Source of the DNA: Lepidodermella squamata
Lineage: Eukaryota > Animalia > Gastrotricha
Assembly (NCBI GenBank): GCA_047495785.1
Contig: JBLDXI010000002.1
Span: forward strand, 2,480,001 to 2,544,000
Direction of reading: 5' to 3'
DNA length: 64,000 nucleotides
Made by a program: the position numbers and the translations under genes. Under the pieces are notes generated by a model. It saw only the letters and a list, made by a program, of their open reading frames with translations. It had not been told where the DNA came from and ran no database searches. This document shows positions 39,035 through 52,506 of this stretch, in pieces; position 1 is the first letter of the stretch, and each line of letters starts with the position of its first letter.

Positions 39035-39324
39035 CTGTTTTTTGGTTATTACGTAATATGGGTGCATCCAAAAAATCCGGGACATCGACCACTGATCTTA
39101 GAATTCGACCCTCTTTCAGAAAATACAATAATCTCGGGGTCGAATTTTCGGACTGGCACGTCCAAAAAGGCTCGGACGTTAAAGTGTTAAGGACAGCAAA
39201 ATTTTTGCCGTTACCGGTAAAAACAGAAAATAAGCCAAAACCCACCATTCTTTACCTTACCACCTTCGATTTTTGATATGCCTTCCCAGAAATGAAAATC
39301 AAGCAGGAAACAATGAGCCAAGTG

Positions 39325-39332
39325 TGACGTCA
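39325..39332. promoter_or_regulatory. Perfect CRE-type palindrome TGACGTCA ~60 bp upstream of orphan ORF
   Basis: Sequence match only. Confidence 0.3.
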
Positions 39333-39394
39333 CAGAGACATGACTACACGAAGCCGCACAGACAGATCGTTTCAGTATCGCAAATTTCAATTTT

Positions 39395-39889
39395 ATGGAC
39401 TCTTTAGCGCTGCATAATTTTTCGTTTCAAACAACGATTTTCGGAGTGCAAAACACCCTGGTGTCAGTAGTGGTTCGAAACGATTTTACGACCGAGGTCA
39501 CTTTCGGGTTATTTCCTCACACCTATTCGTTCGAGATCACTGAGTGGCGAGGCGGAGGGCTGCAACAGCTGTTGACCTACTATTTCAGCCATCATCGCCA
39601 GTCGGCTGTGTCGAATTTGCTACCAGCCGACCCTGACGGTTCGTGCCAACTGGCTCAGCTGTCTCTGGCGAATAAATTCAAAGCGATCGAGACTGCAGTG
39701 AGCGATGTGCTGATGTGCCTCAATTTCTATCATGCCAACAAAACGCGTGAAAACTTGGAAATTGCTCCGCTCGTTGAAGGCTTCGGCTCATCCGGCTACG
39801 CCCATTATATTGCGAAATTGACGAGGAGCTGCGTTGAGAGACACAACTTGTTACAACATCCTTTGTCAAGCGTATCAAAATTAGACTGA
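39395..39889 (+). CDS. Intronless 164-aa hypothetical protein
   Basis: ATG-initiated ORF, more GC-rich than flanks, AATAAA immediately after stop. Confidence 0.6.
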   Translation: MDSLALHNFSFQTTIFGVQNTLVSVVVRNDFTTEVTFGLFPHTYSFEITEWRGGGLQQLLTYYFSHHRQSAVSNLLPADPDGSCQLAQLSLANKFKAIETAVSDVLMCLNFYHANKTRENLEIAPLVEGFGSSGYAHYIAKLTRSCVERHNLLQHPLSSVSKLD

Positions 39890-40132
39890 ATAAAACGTAA
39901 CAACTTGGTTGCATCGAGGTATCCTCATTGTTTTCTTGTCTCATCAAGTTTCGATACTAAAGCAACTTTTTATTCTCAAATACCTAAGGCTGAACAAAAA
40001 ATACATGTAAAAATATTAAGTTGGCTCATTAAAAAGTAATTATTATTTAAAAATCGATAGAATGAATAAATTTTGACTCATTAGTCATTATCGCCCTTTA
40101 AAGTGAGCACGGCGGCAATAATTGTAAATCGG

Positions 40133-41105
40133 CTACTTATTTTGAAAAATTTTGTCATTGCAACAGCGCACAAAATCGTCGACGAGTTTTTTGCGCTTGA
40201 CGAGTTTCTTGAAGCCGCGTGGATACTGCCATAGCGGAAGCCTAATTTCGTAACAATCATGGCACAGGTAAACACCAGGCATCGATGTTGATGCGAAGAA
40301 TTCGGCGAAAGGCTCGATTTGACAGGAATAATCCAACATTCGAGGGAACAAAACACTTCCGATACAAAACAGCGGCTTAGGTCCTGGTTTACGATTCGGC
40401 TCGTCGAATGCTCTCTTGCCAGCATTTTGTTGCCATAGCGCCAATGAAACCTCCAAATCAGTCAGGACAACATGATTCAGCCATTTCTCCGGCGACCATT
40501 TGAAAGTCCTGAATTTGGCCGATGGCTTGGCGATTGGGGTTGGAAAAATTAGCCTTGGTATCTCTTCCGGCTTCATGGGTTGATTATTATTTCGCAAACA
40601 TGTTTTTGCCTTCTTCGAGCCGTAAACTATTCGAGCAGATTTTCGAACTTTCAATTCGGTATTTTCCATCTGCGAGAAGAGAAATGAAAAGAGTTGAATG
40701 AAACTAAGATTTTTGAATAACCTGTTTCGTCCCATTTGAATTTGCGCCAAACTTGGGCTCGAAGGCCGAAGTGGTACTTGAGTTGAGTTCATTGTTGCAG
40801 CCAAGCGAAAATCGCTCGTTAAACGACGGTTTCCCCAAGAACCCGAACACGGGACTGAGGAAGCCCGGCGAAACCATTGAAATTCCGTTACTAATTATGG
40901 CCGGCAAGGACGGCGTCTCGAGCAAAACAACGGCATATGACAGCCCTGTAACGGGGCATTGGAAAACGTGTAGATCAGGAGGAGCCGGCTCATCCGGGGA
41001 CCAAGTGACCGCCGGATTGTTATACAAATTTCCTGGAACCAGCCAATCTTCAACTGGCATCTTGACTGAGTCGCATAACTTGGAATAATTTATAGTTTCA
41101 CCCAT
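40133..41105 (-). CDS. Hypothetical protein, 2 exons (41105-40722, 40670-40133), with a CxxC motif
   Basis: CAG|GTTATT donor and TTCTCGCAG|ATG acceptor join in phase 0; GVYLCHDCYE; no family recognised. Confidence 0.55.
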
Positions 41106-41150
41106 TTTTCATTAAGCTGGGTCTAAAAAAATAAAAAAAATGAGATTTAT

Positions 41151-41519
41151 TTAAACTGGCCGGCCGATGTCCATTATTCCGAAATTGTGTTTTTTCAACA
41201 CGCTGCCAATCGGCTGGTCGATGACGTAGGACTGCGGCCGACTTGGCGGTCGAAGCGGGTTCGGCATCGGTCGAAGGGGCGTTGATTCTGAGGTCGAACT
41301 CGGCGCATTGGAGGGCCTAACAGGCGGAGAGGCTGGTTGATCAACGTTGAGTGAATATTTTTCAGCGAGGCTAACCAGCCAGGTCGGGAAAGGACCCTCG
41401 AGATTGGCCAGGTAAGGAACGCCGGGGTGGTCGCGGGGGAAGAAGCCGGCAATACTCGCCGAGCTGATTTCACTAACGCTCGGTTTATTCCAGGCAAAAT
41501 TCATAAAATTGTCGTCCAT
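41151..41519 (-). CDS. Pro/Ser-rich hypothetical protein (~122 aa)
   Basis: GC-rich ORF starting AAAATGGAC, between AT-rich spacers. Confidence 0.5.
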   Translation of the reverse strand: MDDNFMNFAWNKPSVSEISSASIAGFFPRDHPGVPYLANLEGPFPTWLVSLAEKYSLNVDQPASPPVRPSNAPSSTSESTPLRPMPNPLRPPSRPQSYVIDQPIGSVLKKHNFGIMDIGRPV

Positions 41520-42413
41520 TTTCTCAAAAATAAACACCTAATTGCGAAGGAATGTTATAAGACAGTATGGCTTGTACTGAAAGTACTGAAGGAAAATCGT
41601 TACAAAAAATATCAGTTCCGTTTATAGTGATCGCGACAACTTTCTCGGAAAAAAATTGGCTCGATTTATCCGTAGGTTGCTCAGCACGCGAATCGTTATT
41701 GCCGTTCTGGAGCATGCCGGGAGTTTTTTACTGCTTGCTCTGGCTGGCCACAATTATCGCATGAGGGAGAATCCTAAACGTCAATCAATATCGATGTTAA
41801 TTGAATGATTATTAGCTGAACAGTCTACCTTGAAATAATCGCAATTCTTCGATTCCCAAGGAAGCTGTATATAGATAAAGTTGTAGTTGAGCATTTTGAG
41901 CCGAAGACAGTTCTCTTACCTCCTTATTCTCATGATTTTCTCTGAGAAATTTGTTCACTGATGACTCATCCGTGGCAGGCGGCGTTATTTGCTGAGGTGT
42001 TGGATAGAAAAAGAAAACCGGAATTCGCCCCGGTGGGCAGGGATTAAGCAGCGGCAAAGGCCATGTCTTGATTTTGTAGAAATTTGGACGAACAGTCCGG
42101 GGGAAATAATAATAATTCCCAGCCTTGGTATTCATGAGTGTATGGGTGATTTTTGTACGAAAAATGCTGTTGTGACATGAGAGGTTGGTATCTCTGTATA
42201 AGATGGTCATAAAGCCATCGTAAATAGCCGAACGCAATTTCCTAATGATTGAATAGCAGTACGACCTGGCTAAATAGTACGGCAATAAAACTGACATCGA
42301 ATAAATGCTCTAGTTTGCTGACCCAGCCACTGGCTTGATAATTACCACTATCAATGAAAAAAGATCGCATCTCTGGACAAAACGATTTAAACTGAAAAAG
42401 AAGACGGAATATC

Positions 42414-42655
42414 TTTTAGCGGAACCAAATTCGAAATATGCCAAGAGTTATTTTTCAATGTTTCTACGAATTTTAGGCTAAGCGTGAATTCTGAATTGAA
42501 CACTCCGTCTTATAGAGAATATTGCGCTGCATTCATTGGTGAATTTTCTAGAATTATTGCGGCCAATCTTGACCTGCTATCAATATCCGAAAAGCGATTT
42601 CAGGCCACTAGAAAAGTCTAAAATTTGGTTCCGCTCACCGTAAATTTGGTTCCGC
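42414..42655. mobile_element. Putative MITE-like inverted-repeat element
   Basis: AGCGGAACCAAATT (42418) and its perfect reverse complement at 42622; extra reverse unit at 42643. Confidence 0.5.
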
Positions 42656-43130
42656 CAACAGGAGAACCCAAAAGAAACGATAAAAAGCGTGGGCGAAAAC
42701 AATCAATGCACTTGTATTGTCTGGTTGGTATAGCTAAGGTTATGTATTCATCCTGTTCCAATGTTGATTCATCTTCCAAGGCCTGATTCTTTGCTCAGCT
42801 GCTGCAACTCTGCTTCGTAATTATTCATCCGTCGAAATGATTCAACAAAACGCAATCATTCGGGCCCTTTCAAAAACCTCGATAGTTAAGGTCGATGGGA
42901 TCGACTTTTATTTTTTTGTATCAAGACATAGACATTGTTTTACAATTTTCAGCACATGAATGTTGCACATAAAGGGCATGAAAATATTTTTATGTTGAGT
43001 CACCAGTTCATTTCACAGGGTATGGCTTGTTTTTCATCACCGAGTCTTGACATAAAAAAGGGTAAAATATAGCTTTTTTGGTTTTTAGAGTAATTATTCA
43101 TCACTTATATATTATGTTTTTATCAAAGTG

Positions 43131-46100
43131 TCAATTTTTCTCCTCAAATTTAAACATCGGATCGAACGATTCGCGGACGCAAGTCAGAGACGAATGGATC
43201 GCTCGTCGTTTGGAGCTGAACTCCAAGCATTCCAGCCGGCACTTTTTCCAGAATCTGAAGCGATCACACATGAAGTCGTTGACGAAAGTTTTATTGCCGA
43301 ACTCATCGGGCACTATTGCAGCGTCCTTGTCCCTGCGATTGTTCAAGGTAACAACGATAAATTCATTGTCGCTCTGCTGCGCCAAATTCTTCAATATTTG
43401 TGCCCTGAACTTCTTCTGAAGTTCTGCGCATGTCATCGGGTTTTCGCCTTTTTTGACTGCAATTTTTCGGAGCCAATCTAAGCAGAAGCCTTCGATAAGC
43501 GGAAATTCGCGCGGGTCCTTATTGCAACTCTTCTTGACCATATCTTTCAATTGTTTGTATCCATGATTTTTAAGTATAGGCTGATAGAATGTGTTCCAGA
43601 GGTGCTCAAATTTTTGCGTCTCATCATAATCAGCAGCCTTTGATGGGTGGTAGTTGAAGATATAGTCAGTACGCCCGGCCGGTGGGCTAATCCAGATGTA
43701 AATTTGGTCAAAGCCTCGTAATCCCAGCCTTTCGAACAGCGCAATGACGCTGAGCTGGTAGACGTGGCTACGAATTCCAGCCGGCAAGTGGTGGCCTGCC
43801 TCTAGATAGGACAAATTGGCACATCGCTGGCTACCACGTGGGTTGGCCGGGTCTGTGTATTCGTGGACGTAAATCGCGAAATCGATCAAGTCACCGTCAG
43901 CCCGGCGCCATGAAACGATGAAAACCTTGGCGCGATATTTGACTTTCTGCCCCTTAACAACGCCGGGCAGGTTAGCTGGCTGGTCGAATTCGACATCACG
44001 AGCGTCCACCAGGCGAACATCCAAGAAAAGGCCGTGTTGCTTGACTTCTGGGTCGTCTGCTTTGGTAGCAAATTCAACAATTTTCGGATCAAATCGCAAT
44101 TTCGACTCGATGTGTTCGCTGTCGCGGCAAGTTTGAATATCTGAAATTCGAGCATTATTTTAAAAAAATTTTAATATTTAACGTAACATACCCGAAACAG
44201 TGCGACCATAGATTTCACTGTGGCATTCTTTGCACTTGAACTTTTTGATATCTGCCGCAGTACCGACAAACTTGGCGCAAACAACATGCCACGGTTTTCC
44301 GCATCCCCGACACTGAATAACAAATTCGTTAAATCCCTGCTGGAGGCATCGCTTGAAATCAGCGCTGCTCTCCTGTTGCGTTAAATCCGGATTGTCTTTT
44401 TTCACCACTTCAAATATTTTCAGCTTCCCATTATTTGTTAGAGAATTCATGCAATAGTTGCATATTTGAATGGCGTCATAGGCGCCGGCTCTACACCGCC
44501 AGTAAGTTTCGCCAGGTTTGACCATGCAAAGCAGGCTAGGATCATTACTGCAAGGCACCAACGGTAAGGCGTGCGGGCCATCAGCGCCGTCGCAGCACAA
44601 GCCAAGTTTCGTTTTAGCTTCTTCTCTAGCTGCTTTGAGAATCGATTCGAGCTTTTCCACGCACATTCCAAGCTGACGCTTTTGCTCGGGGTCTAGCAAT
44701 GCCTCGAAGACGAATCTACCATTCATTTTCAGAATGTTCAGGTCGGTGTGAAATTCCCAAAAATTGGCATATTTCTCGTTGTTGACTTTCTCTTTTATAG
44801 TTTCGGTGTTTGGTCGGTCTGCCATTGAGCTCATATCGTACTCGTTGGAAACTGCAATTTTTACAATATTAGCTGGTAATTCAAAGTTTCCGGAACCTTC
44901 ACGATGAAGGCACATCTTAATTTAAATTTAAATTACCATTCTCAGTTATTTCCAACTTTTTGTACAGCGTGGGTGAAAGCTGGTTAAACAGAACTGGATC
45001 TTTAACGATTTCGTCGAACGTCTTCTTGACGAAATGGTTGTCGTTGCCGTTATAGAACCGAGCGAGAACTGGAACTTCATCAGACAGATCATTGAGAGAG
45101 TCTTTGGTTCCTGCGTCAGCTAGCAGGCTCTCTCCAATATTCTCCAGAGGATCGCCATCAGTCTAATTAAATAAGTGCACGGAATATGCCATAAAGAGCA
45201 TGTAGTGAAGTGTAGTGGAAAACCTACCCGTGTGATGGCATACAGAGGCGAGTCCACTGAATCGATCGAAATAATTTCGTCCGGTTTGGGTTGCGCGGAG
45301 CTTTTATTCCGTTTTCTTGTCGCCGTACCACCACCCGTCTTCTTGCGCTTTTCAGCAGCAGTGCCGGTCAAGTTGGGATGGAAAGGTTTAATCACAGGCG
45401 TTGTTTCTGTAGGCAGTGTCAGCATAGTTGGCCGTGCAACTCTGTTGCGCGGAGGATTCACAGCGGCTGCTGATGTGCAGCCCTGAGCAACTTGGAAACC
45501 TTGAAGCGGTTGGGAGACTGCTGGTTGGTTCGATTGATTTGCGTGCTGAGGCCACGCGCCACTGTAATGTCCAGTTGTTCTCGATTGTTCGATGGCTGGT
45601 GTAGATGATTGCTGTACATTATGGCTGAAGGCACCAGACTGTTGCTGCCAGTGCGATAGGGGCTGACCTGTTACAATCGGATTGGCTGCTGTCTGAAGAT
45701 GGTGAACTGATATTGCTGAGTTTTGGTTCAGATTCTGGAAAGTTTGTTGCGGAGTCGCTGATTGAGCGACCGCCATGAAATTTTGCGGATGAGAATAATA
45801 AATAGGCGGTGCTGCCTGAGCTTGGGGAAAGCCATGGTTAAGTATCTGCTGATTCTGGAATGTCCCAAAATGGGCATGACTCATGTTGTGGCTAGCGTTT
45901 ATGGGCATGGCGGCCTCAGGTGGAGGAACAATTGAATTGCTCTGAGCTTGTTGGGGATGTTGCTGATAGCCAAATTGGAATTGGTTCTGCGGCATCATCC
46001 CAGTGGAGATGTTCTGATAACCAGGAGCAAGTTGCGGGTGAGCATACTGTCCGTTATTTAGTCTGGGGCGAGGAGGAGGGTTCAAAGACTCAGTTACCAT

Positions 46101-46301
46101 CTGAAGCTGGTATCCATGGCCGGGTTGAATATAGCTCGTGTATACCAGACTTTGAAGCTCTGGCAACGTCCCATTGTGGACCGGTGGACGAATTCCACTT
46201 TGTACCGGGGCAACTGGGGCATGTTGAGTAGTAGCAAATCCTTGGCCAGCAGCAAAGCGGCTTTGCTGCTGGGACTGGTAATTGTAAGGGCCCGGAAACA
46301 T
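43131..46301 (-). CDS. Divergent CBP/p300-family (KAT3) acetyltransferase, core only: Q/P-rich N-terminus, bromodomain-like, RING/PHD, HAT (about 4 exons)
   Basis: TIKEKVNNEKYANFWEF..D (bromo); QCRGCGKPWHVVC..FKCKEC (PHD); KYRAKVF, FAIYVHEY, LSYLE, IYIWISPP..TDYIFNYHP, FPLIEG, LEFSSKRRAIHSSL (HAT). Confidence 0.85.
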
Positions 46302-47036
46302 TGCTTAGTTTATTTCGCACATAGAAATTTCTTCATATTTTCACTATAGAAAAAATTGAAAATTAAAATGTTAGTACTAAGAATAGCACGTGCTGCTGAT
46401 CTTTCGAAAAATGAAAAAGGGGTACACAGCGGGGTACGGCGCTGTAAAAGCTGAAAAGCTGAAACTGCTGTAATAGATTTAATCGCTACTGGGGGCTAGT
46501 ATAAAAAGAAAGATTACAGTTTGTTTACAAGGTACAAGCAACGAAAATTATTGCTAAATTAAGGGGCGGAGATAAGAATTTCGCTTTATTCTCATGCCCA
46601 GTTTAGTGTTTTTAAACCGCTCATAGGAACTGGAGCCCACAAACAATTATAGGGGCGGCCACAGTTCAATTGCGGGCTTGCTAGCTCCAAGCTGTAAGCG
46701 TTATGCCCACTACTCGAGATTGCATCAGAATTTGCATTCGACCTTGCCACCTATTTTTTTTATTCGCCACGGCGTAGTCTCTGCACTCGGTACTCAACTA
46801 TCTCGCCGCAGGTTTTTTGCCTAATACTACGATGCCAAATAGCGCTGCTATATGAATACTTAATTCCTTCAATGGACGAGAGAAAGAGCGCGTGGCGATT
46901 CATCCCGTACTGGTATTCGATTAGCTTCATTAATAAAACGCTGATTCAATGTGGCATCGAAAAAGGAATATATTTTAATTGACTTATTTTAATGAATAAT
47001 TTTAATTGAATTGAATTTAATTAAATATATTTTTTA

Positions 47037-47266
47037 AGCGGAACCAAAACTGGCTGTGTGGAATGTCATTTTTCGAATAGTTTTAATCATAATTATGAGC
47101 TGTTTTCCAAGCCAGACTTCATACTGAAAAATCAGATTTTTTTCAAATTAATCAGGAAATTCCAGAAAATTTGGTAAGTGCATTTTCGCGCGAACTGATT
47201 GCTCAAAACAAAGTTCCGCTTCGGGCCAAAATGGCTCCGCATCAGGCAATTTCGGTTCCGCTAAAA
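47037..47266. mobile_element. Second copy of the GCGGAACC inverted-repeat element family
   Basis: AGCGGAACCAAA at 47037; reverse-oriented units near 47213, 47233 and 47254 (GGTTCCGCTAAAA). Confidence 0.45.
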
Positions 47267-48262
47267 TCAAGACCAATACTCAATGCGGTTCATCGAATTG
47301 TGAGTAAGGAATTTTCAAGGCATCTTTTGCACTCGAATCGAGACAATAGCAAATCGTTGCGAAATTTCGTATATTCCAAGCTCCAAGCGATCGCCGTCTG
47401 TAAAAATTCGATGACAATAGCCAATTTTGACTTTTTTGAGGCATCGTGGCCATAAATGGTTTTATCGGGTATTTTATCACTTTGTCGCCTCTGGATAGTT
47501 TTATGGCCCGTATAAACTGTGAAAGCGGCAATTCGTACGTGTTTGTTACCTGTCACCTTTCGTCCCTCCAAGTACCTAGGTTGCTGTGTATCGCGAGTAA
47601 GCAAATAACGCCACCGAGTGCATAAGCCTTTCATTAATAAGCCTTCGTGCCTAGGAACAAAAACTCGTTAAAACATTGTCGTGCGTTTTACTTCCGTATT
47701 ATCGTTTCTTGCCATCACGTTCTAGTATATCTAAAGTATATCAAATCGCCAGGATGCGTCACAAAAGACCGACGACGGCGCCTATCATGACGCGGCCAGT
47801 CGACACGACGCAGCAAGAATAAGCGGCGGGTGGAAGAACCGAAGAATCAACACTTTACACACATCGAAAAATATTACAAGCACGCAACGCACATGAACAC
47901 AATTTACGACCCATATAAATGTATGTCAATTGCCAAATCGAATATCTATAGGTATTACCTCTTGGTTAAACACGGTGAGAGAGAGAGAGAGCGGTATTTT
48001 TCGTAACAACAGTTGTGCATGACAATAACAAATAATAATGATCTACGCATTCATCAACCAATGGGTTCATTCTAGGCACATGAGGATGGGTGTAAAAATC
48101 GCAACAGGTAAATTTAAAAGGGCATATACACACAGTTTAATAATGAGCAACTTTTCGTCAATAAGTTGTTGTTTTCTTTTCTCCCAAATATGCTTTTGAT
48201 TAATTTTTTGTAAATAAATAATTTTTCTCTCAATTCTTTATCAAATATATTTTTCGTGTCAT

Positions 48263-50752
48263 TTATTCCGCCGTTTCGGGTTTCGGTCGCCAGAACTCGA
48301 AGGAGTTGAATTGGTTGTGAACAGGCGATGACGACGTCGAGTGGGCGGGGAAAAACAGGTCGACACTCTCGGCCAGCGTGTCGTAGGTCGATTTGTAAGA
48401 ACCCATGTCCATGCGGACCTCGGCCCGCGGGTTAACAATGAAAATGCGCGACGGCGGGATGACAACAGCCCGATACGCCTTCGCGTCGTTCGGTCGATTG
48501 CCGAAACCGGCGTAAAACGGCGTGTAGGGCACAGCCTGGGCAGGCATAATTGCCCCGTCAGCCGATGTTAGCTCGTGCTGTTCTTCGGCATGGGACGGGA
48601 ATAATTTCATGATTTCTCGGAGACAATTAATTTTGAATCGCTCGGGCACTCTTTCGATCACCTCCTTATAAAACGCATTAACCAGAGATGCGGGCGATAA
48701 GAGTAATGGCCCAGGCGGTAGACCTTCGATCGAGTTCAGGTATTCGCGAGTTTGCTGGGCTAATCCAATCGCCCTGGCTGATAGATACAGGATCTTGTAG
48801 TTATTTTTCACGAGAAGCGAAAAAAGCCGGGAAACGCCGGGTTGGGTCCATTCGTAGCCCATGATCGGCAGCACCTGGCCGAGCACGTCCGATCTGGTGA
48901 TAGTTCCGTCGATATCGGAAACAATGATGCGGTCATCCCATCGCCAGACGAAAACGCGGCAAGTCAAACGCGTCGTGCCCAAAAGTTGATGGGAAAGCGA
49001 AAATGCGAAGGTGTTTTCACCCGGGCTCAGTTCTAGGGACCGAACTTGTTCAGAAGTCAAACGACGCGTTCGGCGTTGCCCAACTGGACGAATTGTAGAG
49101 CACGAGTGGTTTCGACGGCGCGATGGCTAAAAAACACAATAGCCGAAGTTTAAACTTTGCATCCCAAATAGGAAAGAAAACGTTCTTACCGGGTGACGGC
49201 GTTCCTTTCCGACTGAATTTGTAACACGGTTAGGGTCGTGAACAAAAGCACTCGGTTTCGTTAACTGGAACAAGGCGTCGTCTTCATCGTCATCCGTCGC
49301 GTAACGCACATCAGACGCTAAACGGGAATGAACTGAAGGTGCAATTCCGAGAGGCCTGAAAGATAAATCGACATTTTATGACAATCATACGTCAATATTT
49401 AACCTACTTGTGCTCGCCAGTCGGCGTATTTGTGGTCAGGGTATTACTAGACGAAGCTACTGGAATAGCTTGGGGAGGAGTAGTCGACTTTGGAGTCGAT
49501 TCTTGCGTCATATTTTCCGAGCTCACGACCTGGCGCAAGGCACGATCTGAGGGTGAAGCGGCGGTAGCAGGCACCTTGGTCCGCCGAGGTAAGAAAGAAC
49601 GGAACCAGGATGATGACGCAGAAGCAGCTGCACTGCCACTTGCTAAAAGAGAAACCCATTTTACAAATTAGATGAAGCAATAATTTGATTCAACTCACCC
49701 ATTCGCTCTGAATTACACCGGGATATGAGTTGAGACATTTGTTCGGCAGAAAATTCGCGACCGAAGGCGAATTGAGCTGCCAGCTGAGCTGCGTATACCG
49801 ACCAAGGCATGCATCTGATTCTAGCACCGGGTAAGACTTCGTGTCTGATATTCCAGACAAATAGATCGAGATTAGCCATGTGGCGTAACGGGTCACGTTC
49901 AAACGCCTCCCATGACAGACGATATTGATGAAATTCTTCTATAGCAACTTCACCATCGCTGCTAACTAAGGGACCACACAAGGATAACATAATTTCAGCT
50001 CTTGAATCTTGCTGCAATGCGTTGTGACTTGATAGCATGTCGTGGACACGATTTATAGCTGATGGCGGCTGAGGGCTTTGAGGCATCGAAACACCGCGAC
50101 CCGACTCGACGTCATCGTCGTTGTCACGTTCCGCGGTGCCAAGATACAGCAGCTCATCACCACGTGTTGCAATTTCGTTCAAGAACATTCCTTTTTCCCG
50201 CAGCTTAGCTGGGTCTGAGACACTCCATTGCACACCTGATTTCATAGTAGTCTCCGAATCTGACTTTGCAGAGGGTGACTGAGGTCTTGATCCAATCGGA
50301 CTAGATATTGGACTCTGCTCGGGCTCACTTAAGACTTGAGTGGGAACCTGGCTGCTAGAGAATATTTGATTAACCTCTCGATCTTCAGCATCATCCTGGG
50401 CTAAAAGCTCGGCGATCTCCTCCGTTGAGCTAGCTTGATTTGCTAGAGAAGAAGAAGACGCTGACAGACCGATCTCGCCTTCGCCAAGAGGAGGCATGAA
50501 ATAAGCGGTGCCGTTATCATCCAAAATCATACGTAGGTCAACGGAGCGGCCATTTACTTCGACGTCGATTTCACGTTCTTTAGGCTGGAGGATTCCAAGC
50601 TTCCCGAATCTTACATGAAATGGGGATGACAGATATGATCCATCTGCTTGTTCCACGATAATAGCATCGATAGCTCCACTTAGTGTAGATGGATTTAGCT
50701 TCGAATATGCTTCCTTCAAGTTGGAATAAAGCTTTGAAACGCCGGATATCAT
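48263..50752 (-). CDS. LPIN: Lipin / phosphatidate phosphatase (multi-exon)
   Basis: [23 protein letters not shown]...[12 protein letters not shown]; [18 protein letters not shown] (DxDxT), [16 protein letters not shown]. Confidence 0.95.
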
Positions 50753-52506
50753 TCTTTGCGGGTTATATGGTCTTCATAAAAACAATCTACCCTGAAAAAA
50801 ATTGGAATCAATGTTTTGTCAATGATTTTTGCGGGGTTACGAAGTAGCAGAATATTGCAAGAGCTTTGATGTATATAATGATTACTTATACGATGCCGTA
50901 ATAAAGAACTCATAAATTGAATAAGCATCGACGAATTTATCAAGCCGTCATGAGTCATAGCCCAGAATTGTCTGTTATGAGGGCAAAGGGCAAAGGACAA
51001 ATGGTAACGTTTAGTTGACAGAATATTACGGGACGGAGTAAGGAATAAAGAGTAGCACGGAAACTACATATAGAGAACGAACAAAAATGGTGCGATTCCA
51101 GGGAATTAACTCTGTTTGATTGATTGCGATAAGAAGTAAGAAACCAGAAGCTCATTGCGCAACAAAAAAGACCCTGTTGCGTAAAACGCGAACGGACGGT
51201 TTTGGCAAACCACACCACCTCACGCCACCTACCTAAAGCAGGAAAAAAACAAGGATTTAAAAAAAAACATGCAGCAAATAAATCTTAAAAGAATGATTTT
51301 TTGATTAAAATATAAAGATTATTGATATTAGTTGTTTTTTATTTTTTATAAATGTGAAATGCAATTTTCTAGCATTTCTTGAAAGCCTCTAGTTTTTTGA
51401 AAAGCAAAAAGGTACACTAGTTCGAGGTTCGCGGCCTGGTTTAGCCTGCTTTCTGGTCTCTGGCCTGGCAGGCTCTGCACGGTGACGCCCCTGACCTGCT
51501 CATCGCTGATTACTCAAAGAGAGAAACCGTCAGGAAGCCCAAGGATCAAGGATGACCTAAAACATCGCCACAGCGGTGACTTGGGTTCTAAATGAAACTG
51601 AAGCCCAAGCATATAGTTGGTCGTGGGGTGACTGGTGATTGGACTTAATAATCCCCATCCATCTGTTTCTTTGAAACGTGATCTGCTCACGTCTTCCGTC
51701 AAAATTAACCAATGTTCTTTAGCGGCAAGCGACAACGGCAACAATTGACACTGGTATACCCGCGATGCGCGCATTCGAAAGGTGAAACAATTATTTTATT
51801 TAAAACTTTGCCCTCTGCCTATAGTTGAGAGCCTTGACAATAGTTGGAGTTCAATGATGATAATTGATAATTACTTGAGCGATATCTGGCATAATTATTC
51901 ACTGTTCTTGCGGGAATCTTGTTCTGTGCTTTCGTAAGCTGACTAGCTCGAAAGCCTGTCGCAAAGCCGCCTACTTGCAGCAATTCTTCATCGAGCAGGT
52001 GTCTGAATGGACCAAATAGATCATGGATCTATTTTTATAATTTATTTTCGTATTCTATTGTGCCACTCTGCGCCTAACATCGAATAATCGGTGACAGGTT
52101 TTAACTCATCAACCGAAGCCCTGTTAAATCACCAGAATTGGTGTCAGGGTCTAACATCCATCCATCCATCCATCCATGTGCTCTGTGCATCTGATAACTC
52201 GAAGATATCGTGCTACTATTTTCTCACAACAGACATGTTAATAATGTATAATCATCAGTCTTTACTGTTTACTTGAAAGTCGAAAGAGAAATTTCCGCAT
52301 GGAACATTTATTGGGTGTTGATTATTGTTGCTGACTCGGCAAAATTGTTCAGATCAGTTCTCTGCTTGACAAGGTCACATTTACTTATAAATTTATCACT
52401 TGCTCAGTCTTTCAATATGGACATGCTATGCTATGATCAAGAGAGGCCCATACTGACAAGGCGTTTGATTATTTTTTCATAGTGTATGTAATTTTACTCG
52501 CGAAAA

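Noticed and set aside
41812-42297. 161-aa minus-strand ORF
   Set aside because: AT-rich, no domain or clear splice context; likely non-coding.
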